DNA from: Callorhinchus milii
Lineage: Eukaryota
Direction of reading: 5' to 3'
NCBI RefSeq assembly: GCF_018977255.1
Contig: NW_024704795.1
Location: 1-64,000, forward strand
Length of the DNA stretch: 64,000 bases
The notes beneath the pieces are model-generated. The model was not told the origin of the DNA, searched no databases, and saw nothing but the letters and a program-made list of their open reading frames with translations. This document shows, one piece after another, positions 36,595-52,077 of the stretch. Position 1 is the stretch's first letter. Each line of letters begins with the position of its first letter. Position numbers and translations under genes: made by a program.

Positions 36595-37830
36595 AATGGT
36601 CTTGCGATGCTGCGATTCCTTGGATTCTGGAACAGTCCCCATGGATTGGAAGATCGCAAATGTCACCTACTATTTAAAAAAGGTGGAAAGGAAAAGATGA
36701 GGATCTAAAGGCCAGTTAGTCTCACATCAGTGATCGGAAAAATTTTAGAATCATTGATTAAGGATGTGGTTGTGCGATATTTAGGGGAGCACAACATAAT
36801 TAGGCCAAGTCGAGTTTTTTGAGGATATTTCTAGTAAACTAGATAAGGATGAATCAGTGGATGTGGTCTGTTTGGACTTCCAAAAGGCATTTGATAAGGT
36901 GCCGCATAAAAGGTTAGTCCAAAAGATAAGGACCCATGGAATAGGGGGGAGCATATGAACTTGGAATGGGGAATGGTTAACGGGTAGGAAACAAAGAGTA
37001 AGGATAAACGGTCTTGTTCAGATTGGCGTGATGTGACTAGTGGAGTGCCACATGGCTCAGTCCATAGGCCTCAGCTATTTACCATCTACATCAACAATCT
37101 AGATGAGGACATCAAAGTTAATATGTCTAAATTTGCAGATGACACAAAACTAGGAGGAAGTGTCAACACAGAGGATGACATCAAAAAATGCAGCGATACA
37201 CAGATAGGTGAGGTGGCAGATGAAGTATAATGTATCCACCTAGGTAGCAAAAACAGTAGAGCGGGTTATTTGTTAGAAGGGGAGAGATTGGAATGTGTTA
37301 GCGTCCAGAGGGACTTTGGTGTCCTTACACACCAATCGCAGAAAGTTAGTTTGCAGGTGCAACAGCAATTAGGAAGGCGAACGGTATGTTAGCATTCATT
37401 ATGAAAGGATTAGAGTAATAATAATAATAATAATCTTGGCATTTGGTATAGCGCTTTTCACATCTTCTGGAAGTCTCAAAGCACTTCACAGAATAGAGTT
37501 TAAAGTGATTTGACCGTATATTTGTGGGCGAAGCGGCAACCAATTGTTCCACAAACAGTGGTGGATTGTTAATACTTTCATAATGAATGCGTACAGTAGG
37601 TTAGCATTCATTATGAAAGGATTAGAGTACAAGTGCAGGGAAGTCTTGCTGCAACTGTATAGGGCCCCAGTGAGACCACACCTGGAATACGTGTCCAGTT
37701 TTGGTCTCATTATTTAAGGAAGGATGTACTTGCCTTGGAGGGAGAGCAGCGCAGATTTACAAGGTCAGTACGAGGGATGAAGGGGATGAGTTTCGAGGAT
37801 AGGCTTACCAATTTGGGCCTATATATCTCC
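36595..37830 (+). mobile_element. Degenerate CR1 LINE ORF2 (reverse transcriptase) fragment
   Basis: [74 protein letters not shown]; stops and frameshifts present. Confidence 0.92.
37418..37568 (-). mobile_element. Truncated SINE inserted in the CR1, flanked by a 30-bp direct duplication
   Basis: (ATT)n tail and core; GTTAGCATTCATTATGAAAGGATTAGAGTA at 37388 and 37600. Confidence 0.85.
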
Positions 37831-37879
37831 AGCCCCCACATCACCTCACCCGCATGACACACCCAACCCCCACACATCA

Positions 37880-38215
37880 CCGCCTGTACTCCTACGACCC
37901 TATCTCTCCCTTCTCCCTCATCACGACTGTCCACAAACTCAAATTCACCACCTGCTCCCTCAATCCCATCCCCGTCTCCCAGCTCCAAATTCTAGCTCCT
38001 CTCCTGTCCGATGTCATCAACTTCTCCTTGTCCATTGGTTCAGTTCGCACCACCCTAAAAACAGCCATCATCACCCTCATCTTGAAAAAACTATCCCTGG
38101 ATCCGTCCCTCCTCTCCAGCTACTGCCTCATCTCTAAACTCCCTACCTCAAACCCTTTGCCTCGCCCCCTTTAGGTCAGGCCTGAAGACCTTCCTTTACA
38201 ACCGCGCCTACAGTC
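37880..38215 (+). mobile_element. L2 LINE ORF2 fragments
   Basis: TCSLNPIP..LLSDVINFSLSIGSV..LKTAIITLILKKLSLDPS and GLKTFLYNRAY, L2-type motifs. Confidence 0.75.
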
Positions 38216-38906
38216 ACATCCCCCCCCCCCGCTCGGGCCTTGGGCTCCAGCATTGTTAAGCTCTGAGATGCCGCCTGTTGCCTCAATACATGGAATCTCA
38301 TTGGCCTCGTTATGGGCTTGTAATCAAGATGAAGAAAATATGCACTGGTTGTTCTGTTCCAGTAAAACCAGTTCTCACCAAATACTTTGTTATACTCAAC
38401 TTCCTTTTCAAACATTCATTCTCAGAAAATATTGAAATTAGTCATTACTGGCCCATGTGCCTGAGTAACCAATGGAAATAATACCTCTCCATCTGGTCTA
38501 TGAGAAAACATCAAACATTTAAGGATTTTTATGCGTTGGCTGTTTCAATACAAACAGGCTCAGTTCACAGAATCAACCAGAATTGGTAACAAAACTACAT
38601 TGTAAATTAAATTAATACCGAATAAGAATAAGTTTTCACACAGTGTCACGCCTGCCTCAAGTAATCACATATGTACAGAATTTCAGTGACTTGCAAATTT
38701 GTTATATTGCAAGCAGAGAAAAGATTTGATATATTTGTTATATTGCAAGCAGAGAGGGCAGCTGAAATGAGCACCGGTGGAGCTACAGATTACATTGGTG
38801 TACAGTGCCTTTCAGGTCGGGACGACGAGCCAAGGCGCTGGATATCGTCAGTGCCCACACAAGTTTAAGGCGCTTTTGCTACAGCTCTGTCGGAGAAGTG
38901 GTGTGT

Positions 38907-38922
38907 GGCTCTGAAAAGAGCC
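38907..38922 (-). terminator. Histone 3' stem-loop (H2B)
   Basis: GGCTCTTTTCAGAGCC. Confidence 0.97.
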
Positions 38923-38952
38923 TTTGTGTGTAGATGNNNNNNNNNNNNNNNN

Positions 38953-39357
38953 NNNNNNNNNNNNNNNNNNNNNNNNNNNNNNNNNNNNNNNNNNNNNNNN
39001 NNNNNNNNNNNNNNNNNNNNNNNNNNNNNNNNNNNNNNNNNNNNNNNNNNNNNNNNNNNNNNNNNNNNNNNNNNNNNNNNNNNNNNNNNNNNNNNNNNAA
39101 GCCTCGGACGCGATGCGCTCGAAGATGTCATTCACAAAGGAGTTCATGATGCTCATGGCCTTGGAGGAGATGCCGGTGTCCGGGTGGACCTGCTTCATCA
39201 CCTTGTACACGTAGATGGAGTAACTCTCCTTCCTCGACCTCCTGCGCTTCTTGCCCGCAGTCTGCGGTTTGCGAATCGCTTTCTTGCTGCCTTTTTTGGG
39301 CGCTCCTTTGCCCTCGGATTTAGCGGCTTTGGCATCGGTTTTGCCCTCACCAGCCAT
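38953..39357 (-). CDS. H2B: Histone H2B; 3' part under Ns (38937-39098), stop inferred
   Basis: Same visible protein as the 10947 copy. Confidence 0.93.
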
Positions 39358-39560
39358 TCTGCTCTCTTGATACCACCGACACAGTGTCGGGCAGTGGCTG
39401 AACGTCTTCTTATATATTATCGCCATCCAATCCCAGCAAAGCAGTCCGTTCATCCCTCTTTAGCATAAACGGTTCCCCAATGGGACCCCGGGGGTTGGCA
39501 ACCAATCCCCAGCCTCCCAGCCTCTGTGCTGTGATTGGCTGAGAGCCCGATGTGACGTAG

Positions 39561-40067
<507 letters not shown>

Positions 40068-40096
40068 ATCATCGGAGGTTTTCCTATCCAACCAAA

Positions 40097-40112
40097 GGCT
40101 CTTTTCAGAGCC
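40097..40112 (+). terminator. Histone 3' stem-loop (H2A)
   Basis: GGCTCTTTTCAGAGCC-ACCCA. Confidence 0.97.
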
Positions 40113-40214
40113 ACCCACACTGTCCAGGAAAGAGCCGTTTGCCGTTTCAGCAAAGCGACCTCCAGTGCAGGGAGCTCGCTCGGCAGTTGCGGAGACAGGG
40201 CCCGCACCAGCCAT

Positions 40215-40542
40215 GTGGAGTCCTGTAGCTCAGTGGTTAGAGCACTCGCTTTGCAAGTGAGAGACCTGAGTTCAATTCCAGGCAGAGGGCGAAACCTTGG
40301 GCAAGTTTCCTTACTCCACACAGAGCCTAATAATGACCCCTCCAAAAAACCAAAAACAAAAATTAAATTGGTCATTTTCAATCTACGACTGTTTGTGGGA
40401 CATTGCTGTGCGCAATTGGCTGCTGCGTTCGCCCACAAATATACAGTCAATTCACTTTACAGTGTGTTCTGTGAAGCGCTTTGGGACGTCCTCCCGACGT
40501 GAAAAGTGCTATATCAAATGCAAGGATTATTATTATTATTAT
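40215..40542 (+). mobile_element. Full-length SINE between the H2A and H3 3' ends
   Basis: GTGGAGTCCTGTAGCTCAG head through to the (ATT)n tail; absent from the paralogous site at ~10090. Confidence 0.93.
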
Positions 40543-41024
40543 ATATCTCTTACGCCACATCAAGTTGAATGGGCGGATATAATAATTGCGGGCTTTGGGA
40601 TGACTTGGGGAGTCCGGGTGCAGTTCAGAGTTCCTCTTTGTGCGTCGCGTCGAAGACGCTGCAATAATGCCGCATGCATGTGAGCCACACACCGCTGCAA
40701 AATACTGCGGTGCCGGAAATCTGAAAGCAAAGCACAGCAGCAGGTCGGGCAGCATCAATGGAGAAAGGAAAGCGAGTCAACGTTTCGGGTCCGTGCTGAC
40801 GCAGGGTCGTGGACCCGAAGCGTCGACGCGCTTTCCTCCCACAATGAACGCATGTGGATGGTTCAAGACACGATCCACAGAAAGACAGATCTCGCTGTAT
40901 CGGCACCGGCCGTTACTGTACATTCGGTTTAACAGTGGTTTGGGCTGTAGATGCGTTAAGCTGAGGAGGAGTGTCAAGTGTACAGTTTGCTGGAGAGGCC
41001 GCTCTTTCCGTTTGACTATTTGGT

Positions 41025-41040
41025 GGCTCTTAAAAGAGCC
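41025..41040 (-). terminator. Histone 3' stem-loop (H3)
   Basis: GGCTCTTTTAAGAGCC. Confidence 0.95.
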
Positions 41041-41071
41041 TTTGTTCTTACACAGTGTGGAGACGGAGGGT

Positions 41072-41542
<471 letters not shown>

Positions 41543-42951
41543 TTATAGAGGCCACAGCGCAACGATTGGCTGCAGTCAGGGGAGGAGAGAGTCACTGACA
41601 CAGGGAAGAGAGATCAGCCTCTGAGCTGCGAGCTCCACCTCCAGCTTCTCAACAAGCATTTCAGACAGGGACTGAATCACCCTCACGAATCACATTGAAA
41701 ATAAGTAGTGATGTGAGAATGATATCAAAACATTGTGACTCCCATTGTTTGTTTTTTAGAAAAATAAGGCCTATTTACGGAAATGCTGACGGTTTCTCTG
41801 TGTCCGAGTTTGTCTGAAAACATTCTGAAGACGTTCGACAGCTTCAGGAATCCTGCAGTGGGACGGTTGGCACACTCACCCTCGCAAGCGCGAGGACCTG
41901 GGCCAGGTTTCCGGACGGGGCCAAATGTTAGCAAAATTTCCTTACCCTTCCCGCCTCTGTTTACCGAGCAGTAACTAGGCACCCGCTTGTTAGTCGATTG
42001 GCGCATCGCTTTTCCGGTGGTAATAATCCCGTCAATAAAAGGAAAGAAGAATTTGGTCACTCAATCCAGACTGTTTGTTGAACACTGCTGTGTGAAATTG
42101 ACTGCTGCGATTCCCTCACCAAATAAATGCAGTCAAGTGGCTTTACAGTGTACTCTGTGAAGCGATTTGAGTCGTGTCAAAGATATGATGAGGCGATATA
42201 TCAAATGCAAGGATTATTCTTATTATTATTATTATTTTCTACCGTGTTACAACACCACACAGTGTCTTCCCATTTCCTGCTCTTTGATACCTCTTTGGCA
42301 GCTTCCCCCCAAGCGACAGAGGCTCTGACCCACTTTCACACGGTTGAAGGTTACATTCATTCCTTAGAAAGCCTCCTGGTGATGCACACAATTAAAATGA
42401 TAATCATGAGCACATCAATCACTTTAATGAAACCGATTTAATCTTACCCGAAGAAGGATCTCATTTACTCCTTTCTTTATCTGAGTGAATTTGGTGCGGT
42501 TTCCAATGGTGTGGAACGGCGGGTGACTGCAGGCGGCCGATACACTGGGGCAGGACAGGGGGCACCCGTGTGCACACACACAGGGACAAACAGCCTGTGA
42601 CTTTATTGTGGACAAAAATGAACTTCTCATTAATTGACTCAAACAAACTCTTTTTTTTCTTGGAATCACATATAATCCTGTCACTGCTTGCAATATGATA
42701 ATTTTACACGATCTGAAATTCTGTAAGTATATGAACATTGAAAGTTCAGACATGACACTATGGTATAATGTTTCTCCTTATCCAGTGTTAATTTTAAATC
42801 GACTTTTGTTACAAAGTTTGACTGATTCTCTGAGGCTACACTCAATAACAGGATATTCAACATCAAGATAAATACTACTGAATGTTGAATTTTTCCAGAT
42901 GGTCTATGCCTCTGATATTGTGTTTGGTTCTCATGTGGGTAACATCTGATT

Positions 42952-43268
42952 ATAATAATAATCCTTGCATTTGATATAGCACTTTTCACGTCGGGAGGAC
43001 GTCCCAAAGCTCTTCACAGAACATATTGTAAAGTGAATTAGCTGTGTATTTGTGGGCGAACGCGGCAGCCAATTGCGCACAGCAATGTCCCACAAACAGT
43101 CGTAGATTGAAAATGACCAATTTATTATTGTATTGTTTTGGAGGGATTATTATTAGGCTCTGTGTGGAGTAAGGAAATTTGCCCAAGGTTTCGCCCTCTG
43201 CCTGGAATTGAACTCAGGTCTCTCGCTTGCAAAGCGAGTGCTCTAACCACTGAGCTACAGGACTCCAC
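42952..43268 (-). mobile_element. Full-length SINE (paralogue of 7377-7696)
   Basis: Same insertion site and target-site duplication. Confidence 0.93.
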
Positions 43269-44579
43269 TGATTGTCTGAATCTGCAGGTAAATCATGTGA
43301 GCTCCCTGTTATCCTGTGAGTAAGTTGTCTTTTTAACATGTTGAGTGGAGTTGAACTCAGATCTGTTTCTCTCGAAGCCCAAAGTTCAAATATTCCTCTT
43401 GAGCACAAATCTGTAGATAAACAGTGAAATATCCATCATTAGCTGTGGACAACATTCCTTACTCATGTCCTGAAGTTTAATCTGAAAGACAATAAAGTGT
43501 ACGTCTGTCAGTGTGGCTCAGTTTTAGCAGCCTCACCTCTGAGCCAGTAGGTTGTGGGTTCATGCCCCACATTGGAAGTAGTTTAGTGCCATGCAATCTT
43601 TATCTTCCAACTGAACAAGCAGCCGGGACCTCAGTTTAACTTTTCATCCAAAGGACGGCACCTTCGACAGTGCAACACTGCCCCAGCACTGCATTGGAAA
43701 GTCAGTTGAGACATTGTCCCAAACTACGGCTTGAACCAGCAACCTTCTGACCCAGCGGCGAGAGACCTACCACTGAGTCAGGCCGGACACACTGTCTGTT
43801 GGAAATTTCCATTACCCACAACATGCAGGACTTTTCTAGGATTCCAGCTTTCCCTTAAACATACCCAATCAGTTAGTGACACTCTACAGTCCAACCCTAT
43901 TGACAGCACAGGTTGACAGGCTTTATTTAACAATAACTCTCCTCAAAAAAAAACTTTCAAATTTGGTGTTCCTGACAAAATGTCACTCTGTGTTGTAGGT
44001 TGTGCACGTCCTTTCAACAATGTATCCTGATTGGTAAGGTATTGTGTTGCAATGTCTAGGAATGCTACTGGGTGCTTGCAGGTGAGTTGCTTGTGATGGT
44101 GGCAGTGTATCTGCTGCAAGTGTGGGCCTGTGGATTGTTTCTATGTTGATAATTTGTGAGAATACTGATTGTGTGTCATATTAATTTGAATTCATTTCAG
44201 AGGCTCTCTAATCTTGTACACAAACACGGAATCAATACTCCGTGTTCATGTCTTGCTATCTATATGTGAGTATCAAATAGATAATCCCTCCACGTCTAAG
44301 TGATATTGCTGTGTGTGCATCCGAAAAAGCCTGTGTGTTTTGCTGCTGCTTGAAGGTATTATTGCCGACCAAGAAATCTTTTCAAGAACAATAATCCAGT
44401 CACTCAATCCACTCCTGTTTGTGACACACTGCTGTGCATCATTGGCTGCCGGATTTCACCAAAAAAATATACAGTCAATTCATTTAACAGCATATTCTGT
44501 GAAGTGCTTTGAGATGCCATCAAGTCATGACAGTGCACTACATATTAAATGCAAGGATTATTATTATTATAGCTTGATA

Positions 44580-47189
44580 CACCAGACCTCTTATACAGAG
44601 ACCAGGCCTCTTATACAGAGAACAAGCTTCTTATACAGAGACCAGGCCAGTAATACAGACACAAGGGCTGCTATACAGAGACCAGGGCTGTTATACAGAG
44701 ACCAGACCTCTTATATAGAGACCAGGGCTGTTATACAGAGCCCAGGCCAGTTATACAGAGACCAGGCCTTTTATACAGAGACCAGGCCAGTTATACAGAG
44801 ACCAGGCCTTTTATACAGAGACCAGGCCAGTTATACAGAGACCCGGCCAGTTATACAGAGACCACGCGAGTTATACAGAGACCAGACCAGTTATACAGAG
44901 ACCCGGCCAGTTATACAGAGAACAGGTGAGTTATACAGAGACCAGAGACCTCCACGTCTAAGTGATATTGCTGTGTGTGTGCATCCGAAAAAGCCTGTGT
45001 ATTTTGCTGCTTCTTGAAGGTATTATTGCCGACCAAGAAATCTTTTCAAGAACAATAATCCGGTTACTCACTCCACTCCTGTTTGTGGCACACTGCTGTG
45101 CACCATTGGCTGCCGGATTTCACCAACAAAATATACAGTCAATTCATTTAACAGCATATTCTGTGAAGCGCTTTGAGATGCCATCAAGTCATGACAGTGC
45201 ACCACATATTAAATGCAAGGATTATTATTATAGCTTGATACACCAGACCTCTAGAGACCATGCCTCTTATACAGAGAACAAGCTTCTTGTACAGAGACCA
45301 GGCCAGTAATACAGACACAAGGGCTGCTATACAGAGACCAGGGCTGTTATGCAGAGACCAGACCTCTTATATAGAGACCACGGCTGTTATACAGAGACCA
45401 GGGCAGTAATACAGAGACCAGGCCTCTTATACAGCGACCAGACCTCTTATACAGAGACCAGGCCAGTAATACAGAGACCAGGCCAGTAATACAGAGACCA
45501 GAGCGGTAATACAGAGACCAGGCCAGCTTTACAGAGACCAGGGCTGTTATACAGACGCCAGTCCAGTAATACAGAAACCAGGCCAGTAATACAGACACAA
45601 GGGATGCTATACAGAGACCAGGGCTGTTATACAGAGACCAGACCTCTTATATAGAGACCAGGGCTGTTATACAGAGCCCAGGCCAGTTATACAGAGACCA
45701 GGCCTTTTATACAGAGACCAGGCCAGTTATACAGAGACCAGGCCAGTTATACAGAGACAAGGCCTTTTATACAGAGACCAGGCCAGTTATACAGAGACCC
45801 TGCCAGTTATACAGAGACCAGGCGAGTTATACAGAGACCAGGCCAGTTATACAGAGACCCGGCCAGTTATACAGAGAACAGGTGAGTTATGCAGAGCCCA
45901 GGCCTGTTAGACATAGACCAGGCGAGTTGTACAGAGACCAGGCCTGTTAGACAGAGACCAGGCCTGTCAAACAGAGACCAGGCCAGTTATACAGAGACCA
46001 GGCCAGTTATACAGAGACCCGGCCAGTTATACAGAGAACAGGTGAGTTATACAGAGACCAGGCCTGTTAGACAGAGACCAGGCCTGTTAAACAGAGACCA
46101 GGCCAGTTATACAGAGACCAGAGCATTAATATAGAGACCAGGACTCTTATACAGAGACCAGGCCTCTTATACAGAGACCAGAGCTGTTGTACAGAGACCT
46201 GGGCTGTTACGCAGAGACCAGGCCTCTTATACAGAGACCAGGCCACTTATACAGAGACCAGGGCTGTAATACAGAGACCAGGCCTCTTATACAGAGACCA
46301 GACCTCCAATACAGAGACAAGGCCAGTCATACCGAGACCAGAGCAGTAATACAGAGACCAGGCCAGCCTTACAGAGACCAGAGCTGTTATACAGAGACCA
46401 GGCCAGTTTTACAGAAACCAGGCCAGTTTTACAGAGACGAGGCCTGCTACTCAGAAACCAGGCCAGTTATACAGAGACCAGAGCTGTAATACAGAGACCA
46501 GGCCAGTTATACAGAGACCAGGCCTTTTATACAGAGACCAGACCAGTTATACAGAGACCAGGCGAGTTATACAGAGACCAGGCCTGTTAAACAGAGACCA
46601 GGCCTGTTATACAGAGACCAGGCCAGTTATACAGAGACCAGGTCAGTTATACAGAGACCAAGCTGTTATACAGAGACCAGGCCAGTTATTCAGAGACCAG
46701 GCCTGTTATACAGAGACCAGGCCAGTTATACAGAGACCAGGCCAGTTATACAGAGACCAGGCCTCTTATTCAGAGACCAGACCTCTAATACAGAGACAAG
46801 GCCAGTCATACAGAGACCAGAGCAGTAATACAGAGACCAGGCCAGCCTTACAGAGACCAGAGCTGTTATACAGAGACCAGGCCAGTTATACAGAGACCAG
46901 AGCTGTTATACAGAGACCAGGCCAGCTGTACAGAGACCAGAGCTGTTATACAGAGAGCAGGTCAGTTTTACAGAGACCAGACCTGTTATACAGAGACCAG
47001 GCCAGTTTTACAGAGACCAGGCCAGTTATTCCAAGACCAGGCCTGTTATACAGAGACCAGACCTCTTATACAGAGACCAGCGCTGTTATACAGAGTCTAG
47101 GCCTCTTATACAGAGACCAGGCCACTAATACAGAGACCAGCGCTGTTATACAGAGACCAGGCCTGTTATACAGAGACCAGGCCAGTTAT
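44580..47189 (+). repeat. 20-bp satellite array (~2.3 kb of monomers), preceded by a SINE (44298-44570) and interrupted by its duplicate (44960-45232)
   Basis: ATACAGAGACCAG monomers. Confidence 0.97.
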
Positions 47190-47574
47190 CCAGAGTGAGT
47201 ATGATTGTTGCCGAAGTGTTCCCTGTGTCTGTCTCCAGCAACTGAAATATAATATGCAAACAGGAATCCTGATTTTCTGCCTTGTGTTCATTTTTTGAGT
47301 GTGGAGTATGTGCACTTAATGTAAGATGTACAATTGTCAATACTGCATCACTCAACAGCATATTAAATGGGTTTTGATTCGATAAATTTATGTGTCTCTG
47401 TTGTGTGAGTATACCCATAGACCGTGTGCTGATCGTGTCCCACTGATCGCTCGCTCCTGGCCTCTGTGGGCACATTTTGGCTGTCGCCCCGACCCGAGCC
47501 GTCCACGCCTGATAATGTTCTTGCTCCCAATCCCACAGTTTGCGTCTCCCACTCTGTGCTGCTCTCCCATTGCC

Positions 47575-47852
47575 NNNNNNNNNNNNNNNNNNNNNNNNNN
47601 NNNNNNNNNNNNNNNNNNNNNNNNNNNNNNNNNNNNNNNNNNNNNNNNNNNNNNNNNNNNNNNNNNNNNNNNNNNNNNNNNNNNNNNNNNNNNNNNNNNN
47701 NNNNNNNNNNNNNNNNNNNNNNNNNNNNNNNNNNNNNNNNNNNNNNNNNNNNNNNNNNNNNNNNNNNNNNNNNNNNNNNNNNNNNNNNNNNNNNNNGTGT
47801 GTACGTGTGTATGCATGGGTATGTACGTGTGTGAGTCAGTGTGTATGTGTGC
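47575..47852. repeat. (TG)n microsatellite, largely N (47575-47796)
   Basis: Position equivalent to 28583-28865. Confidence 0.8.
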
Positions 47853-47899
47853 CAATGAACATATATCAGGACTATCTGTCACAAAACAACTGAAAACAT

Positions 47900-48245
47900 G
47901 GAAGATGAGCTGACACATCGGCAGTAATGCAGACACCACCATTCATGGCTGCACTCTTCACCTCACGGAGCCAATCCGAAACCTCGGTGTCCTTTTCGAT
48001 CTTCAGCTACCCTTCAAACCCTTCATTCATGCCATGAACTGTTCCGTCTTTCCACACCTCTGCAACATTGCCCATCTCCACCACTGCCTCTCACCACAGG
48101 CCATTGAGACCCCAATACACAATTTCATCATATCCCATTGTGGTCAGGCATTCAGCATCCCTGCCCCCACAGTCTGGAACTCTACCCCACAATCCCTCCA
48201 CTTCACCCCCAAGCTTGCCTCCTTCAATTCCCGTCTGAAGACCGT
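47900..48245 (+). mobile_element. Degenerate L2 ORF2 C-terminal fragment
   Basis: Paralogue of 3570-3900. Confidence 0.7.
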
Positions 48246-48319
48246 GTCATTTGTTGTTGCTGTAGAGCTGAGGCATGAGACACAAGATCCTTTGGTCCCA
48301 CTAACAATGGGAACCTGCG

Positions 48320-48990
48320 AGATACTGGAGAGGATGTGAAGGAGATTTACCAGGATGGTACCAGGAATGAGGGACTTCAGTTATCAGGAGAGGCTTGAGA
48401 AGCTCGGATTATTCTCCTTGGAGCAGGGAAGGTTAAGCGGAGATTTAATAATACTAATAATAATCCTTGCATTTGATACAGCGCTTTTCACGTCCCTAGC
48501 CTTCCCAAAGCACTTCACAGAATATACTGCAAAGCGTATTGACTGTACATTTGTGACTGAACGCGGCAGCCAATTGCGCACAGCAGTGTTCCACAATCAG
48601 TCATGGATTGAAAATGACCAATTTATTATTGGGTTTTTTCAAAAGAGTTTTCAGAATTTGGAGCGGATTCGATAGAGTGACAAAGGAGAAACTATTCCCA
48701 CTGGCGGGTGGGTCAGTAACCCGAGGACACCGAGTTAAAAGAAACAGAGGGGAAGTGAGGAGAAATGTTTTCACACAAGGAGTTGTTTGGATCTTGAATC
48801 CATTGTGTGAAAGGCTGGTGGACGCCGATGGCCACTTTATGAGAGAAATCGATCATTATTTGGAGAGAACCAGTTTGCAGGGCGATGGGGAGAGAGCAGG
48901 GGACTGACTTGGGTGGCTCTTTTCAAACAGCCGGCAGACACAATGGGCCGAATGGCCTCCTTCTGTGCCGTACTATTCTATTCATTCTAC
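48320..48990 (+). mobile_element. CR1 3' end with antisense SINE at ~48446-48640
   Basis: Paralogue of 2822-3490. Confidence 0.85.
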
Positions 48991-49242
48991 GTGGCTCAAG
49001 GTTTCCAATTCTCCAGCTCCTTAGCAACATAACCTTCGGGAACATGGAGGCTGTCCGTGTGAGATTCATAGTAACAGAAGTCATGACAAGTTGGATACAG
49101 AAACACTAAGCTGTGGTTTGTCTGTGGACAATCTTATTCGGGCTCCCGCTGGAGCGACCACATTATATATAGTGAAGGACAAACGCCTGACGCCAGACGA
49201 GTTTCGTTTGGAAGTTACAGCCTTTGATATGAGCACTTGGGC

Positions 49243-49258
49243 GGCTCTTATAAGAGCC
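49243..49258 (-). terminator. Histone 3' stem-loop (H4)
   Basis: GGCTCTTATAAGAGCC. Confidence 0.92.
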
Positions 49259-49291
49259 TTTGTTCTTTGTGTCTTGACGTTCAGGAGATGT

Positions 49292-49801
<510 letters not shown>

Positions 49802-51077
49802 TCAAACAATTTCGCAAAAGCAAACCGGAAACCAAAAGAACCCCAATTCAAATGCCATGTGAACCTCTAAACCCCATGGTTTCCCATCAAGTAGTAATGT
49901 TAAAGCAGCTCTCCAGCTGGAATGTGCGCGGGAAATACCATTCAACCTCACTGACCAGAAGGAGTTACTGTTAACTGTTAATGTGGCTTCCCTCAAAATA
50001 AACGCAAATGCTCCTGAATTCCCAGCATGTTACAGGCACGGACATGGAATATTAGAGGTTGAAGGTATAAGATGAGGCTCAGAGTCTGTGTCACTGCCAG
50101 AGTTTAGCCAGAATCTCGAGCTCGGAAACTTCTCAGTTTTTTTCTATTTTTCGCCGAATGATCAACGCTGTGTTTTGCGATACCACCGCTGTTATTTCCC
50201 ACTGTTGTAGCTATTGATGGGAAGGAGAATGTAGTGAAACTGGCAGGCTTTTTGAATTTTCTGTGAGGCAATTCACTTTACAGTGTGTTCTGTCAAACGC
50301 TTTGGGACGTCCTCCTAATGTGAAAATATCAAATGCAAGGATTATTATTATTATTATTATTATTACTAACCGTGGAGTACACAGACAGAACCAGTGAAAT
50401 CCTTTCTCCTTTGTCCTATCTGTGAGAACACTGACACTGTGGCGAGCTCCTATCTCAGAGCCTCCTGTCACTCACTGCGCTGCCAAACAGTCACAAACTC
50501 GGGAGACTGCAGCACAGAACATGGACAGAGGAAAATCCGCAAACAGTCAAAGGATTGAGGGACCAAATTCTTCTTTCCTTTTATTGACGGGATTATTACC
50601 ACCGGAAAAGCGATGCGCCAATCGACTAACAAGCGGGTGCCTAGTTACTGCTCGGTAAACAGAGGCGGGAAGGGTAAGGAAATTTTGCTAACATTTGGCC
50701 CCGTCCGGAAACCCTGGCCCAGGTCCTCGCGCTTGCGAGGGTGAGTGTGCCAACCGTCCCACTGCAGGATTCCTGAAGCTGTCGAACGTCTTCAGAATGT
50801 TTTCAGACAAACTCGGACACAGAGAAACCGTCAGCATTTCCGTAAATAGGCCTTATTTTTCTAAAAAACAAACAATGGGAGTCACAATGTTTTGATATCA
50901 TTCTCACATCACTACTTATTTTCAATGTGATTCGTGAGGGTGATTCAGTCCCTGTCTGAAATGCTTGTTGAGAAGCTGGAGGTGGAGCTCGCAGCTCAGA
51001 GGCTGATCTCTCTTCCCTGTGTCAGTGACTCTCTCCTCCCCTGACTGCAGCCAATCGTTGCGCTGTGGCCTCTATAA

Positions 51078-51548
<471 letters not shown>

Positions 51549-51579
51549 ACCCTCCGTCTCCACACTGTGTAAGAACAAA

Positions 51580-51595
51580 GGCTCTTTTAAGAGCC
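51580..51595 (+). terminator. Histone 3' stem-loop (H3)
   Basis: GGCTCTTTTAAGAGCC. Confidence 0.95.
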
Positions 51596-52077
51596 ACCAA
51601 ATAGTCAAACGGAAAGAGCGGCCTCTCCAGCAAACTGTACACTTGACACTCCTCCTCAGCTTAACGCATCTACAGCCCAAACCACTGTTAAACCGAATGT
51701 ACAGTAACGGCCGGTGCCGATACAGCGAGATCTGTCTTTCTGTGGATCGTGTCTTGAACCATCCACATGCGTTCATTGTGGGAGGAAAGCGCGTCGACGC
51801 TTCGGGTCCACGACCCTGCGTCAGCACGGACCCGAAACGTTGACTCGCTTTCCTTTCTCCATTGATGCTGCCCGACCTGCTGCTGTGCTTTGCTTTCAGA
51901 TTTCCGGCACCGCAGTATTTTGCAGCGGTGTGTGGCTCACATGCATGCGGCATTATTGCAGCGTCTTCAACGCGACGCACAAAGAGGAACTCTGAACTGC
52001 ACCCGGACTCCCCAAGTCATCCCAAAGCCCGCAATTATTATATCCGCCCATTCAACTTTATGTGGCGTAAGAGATAT

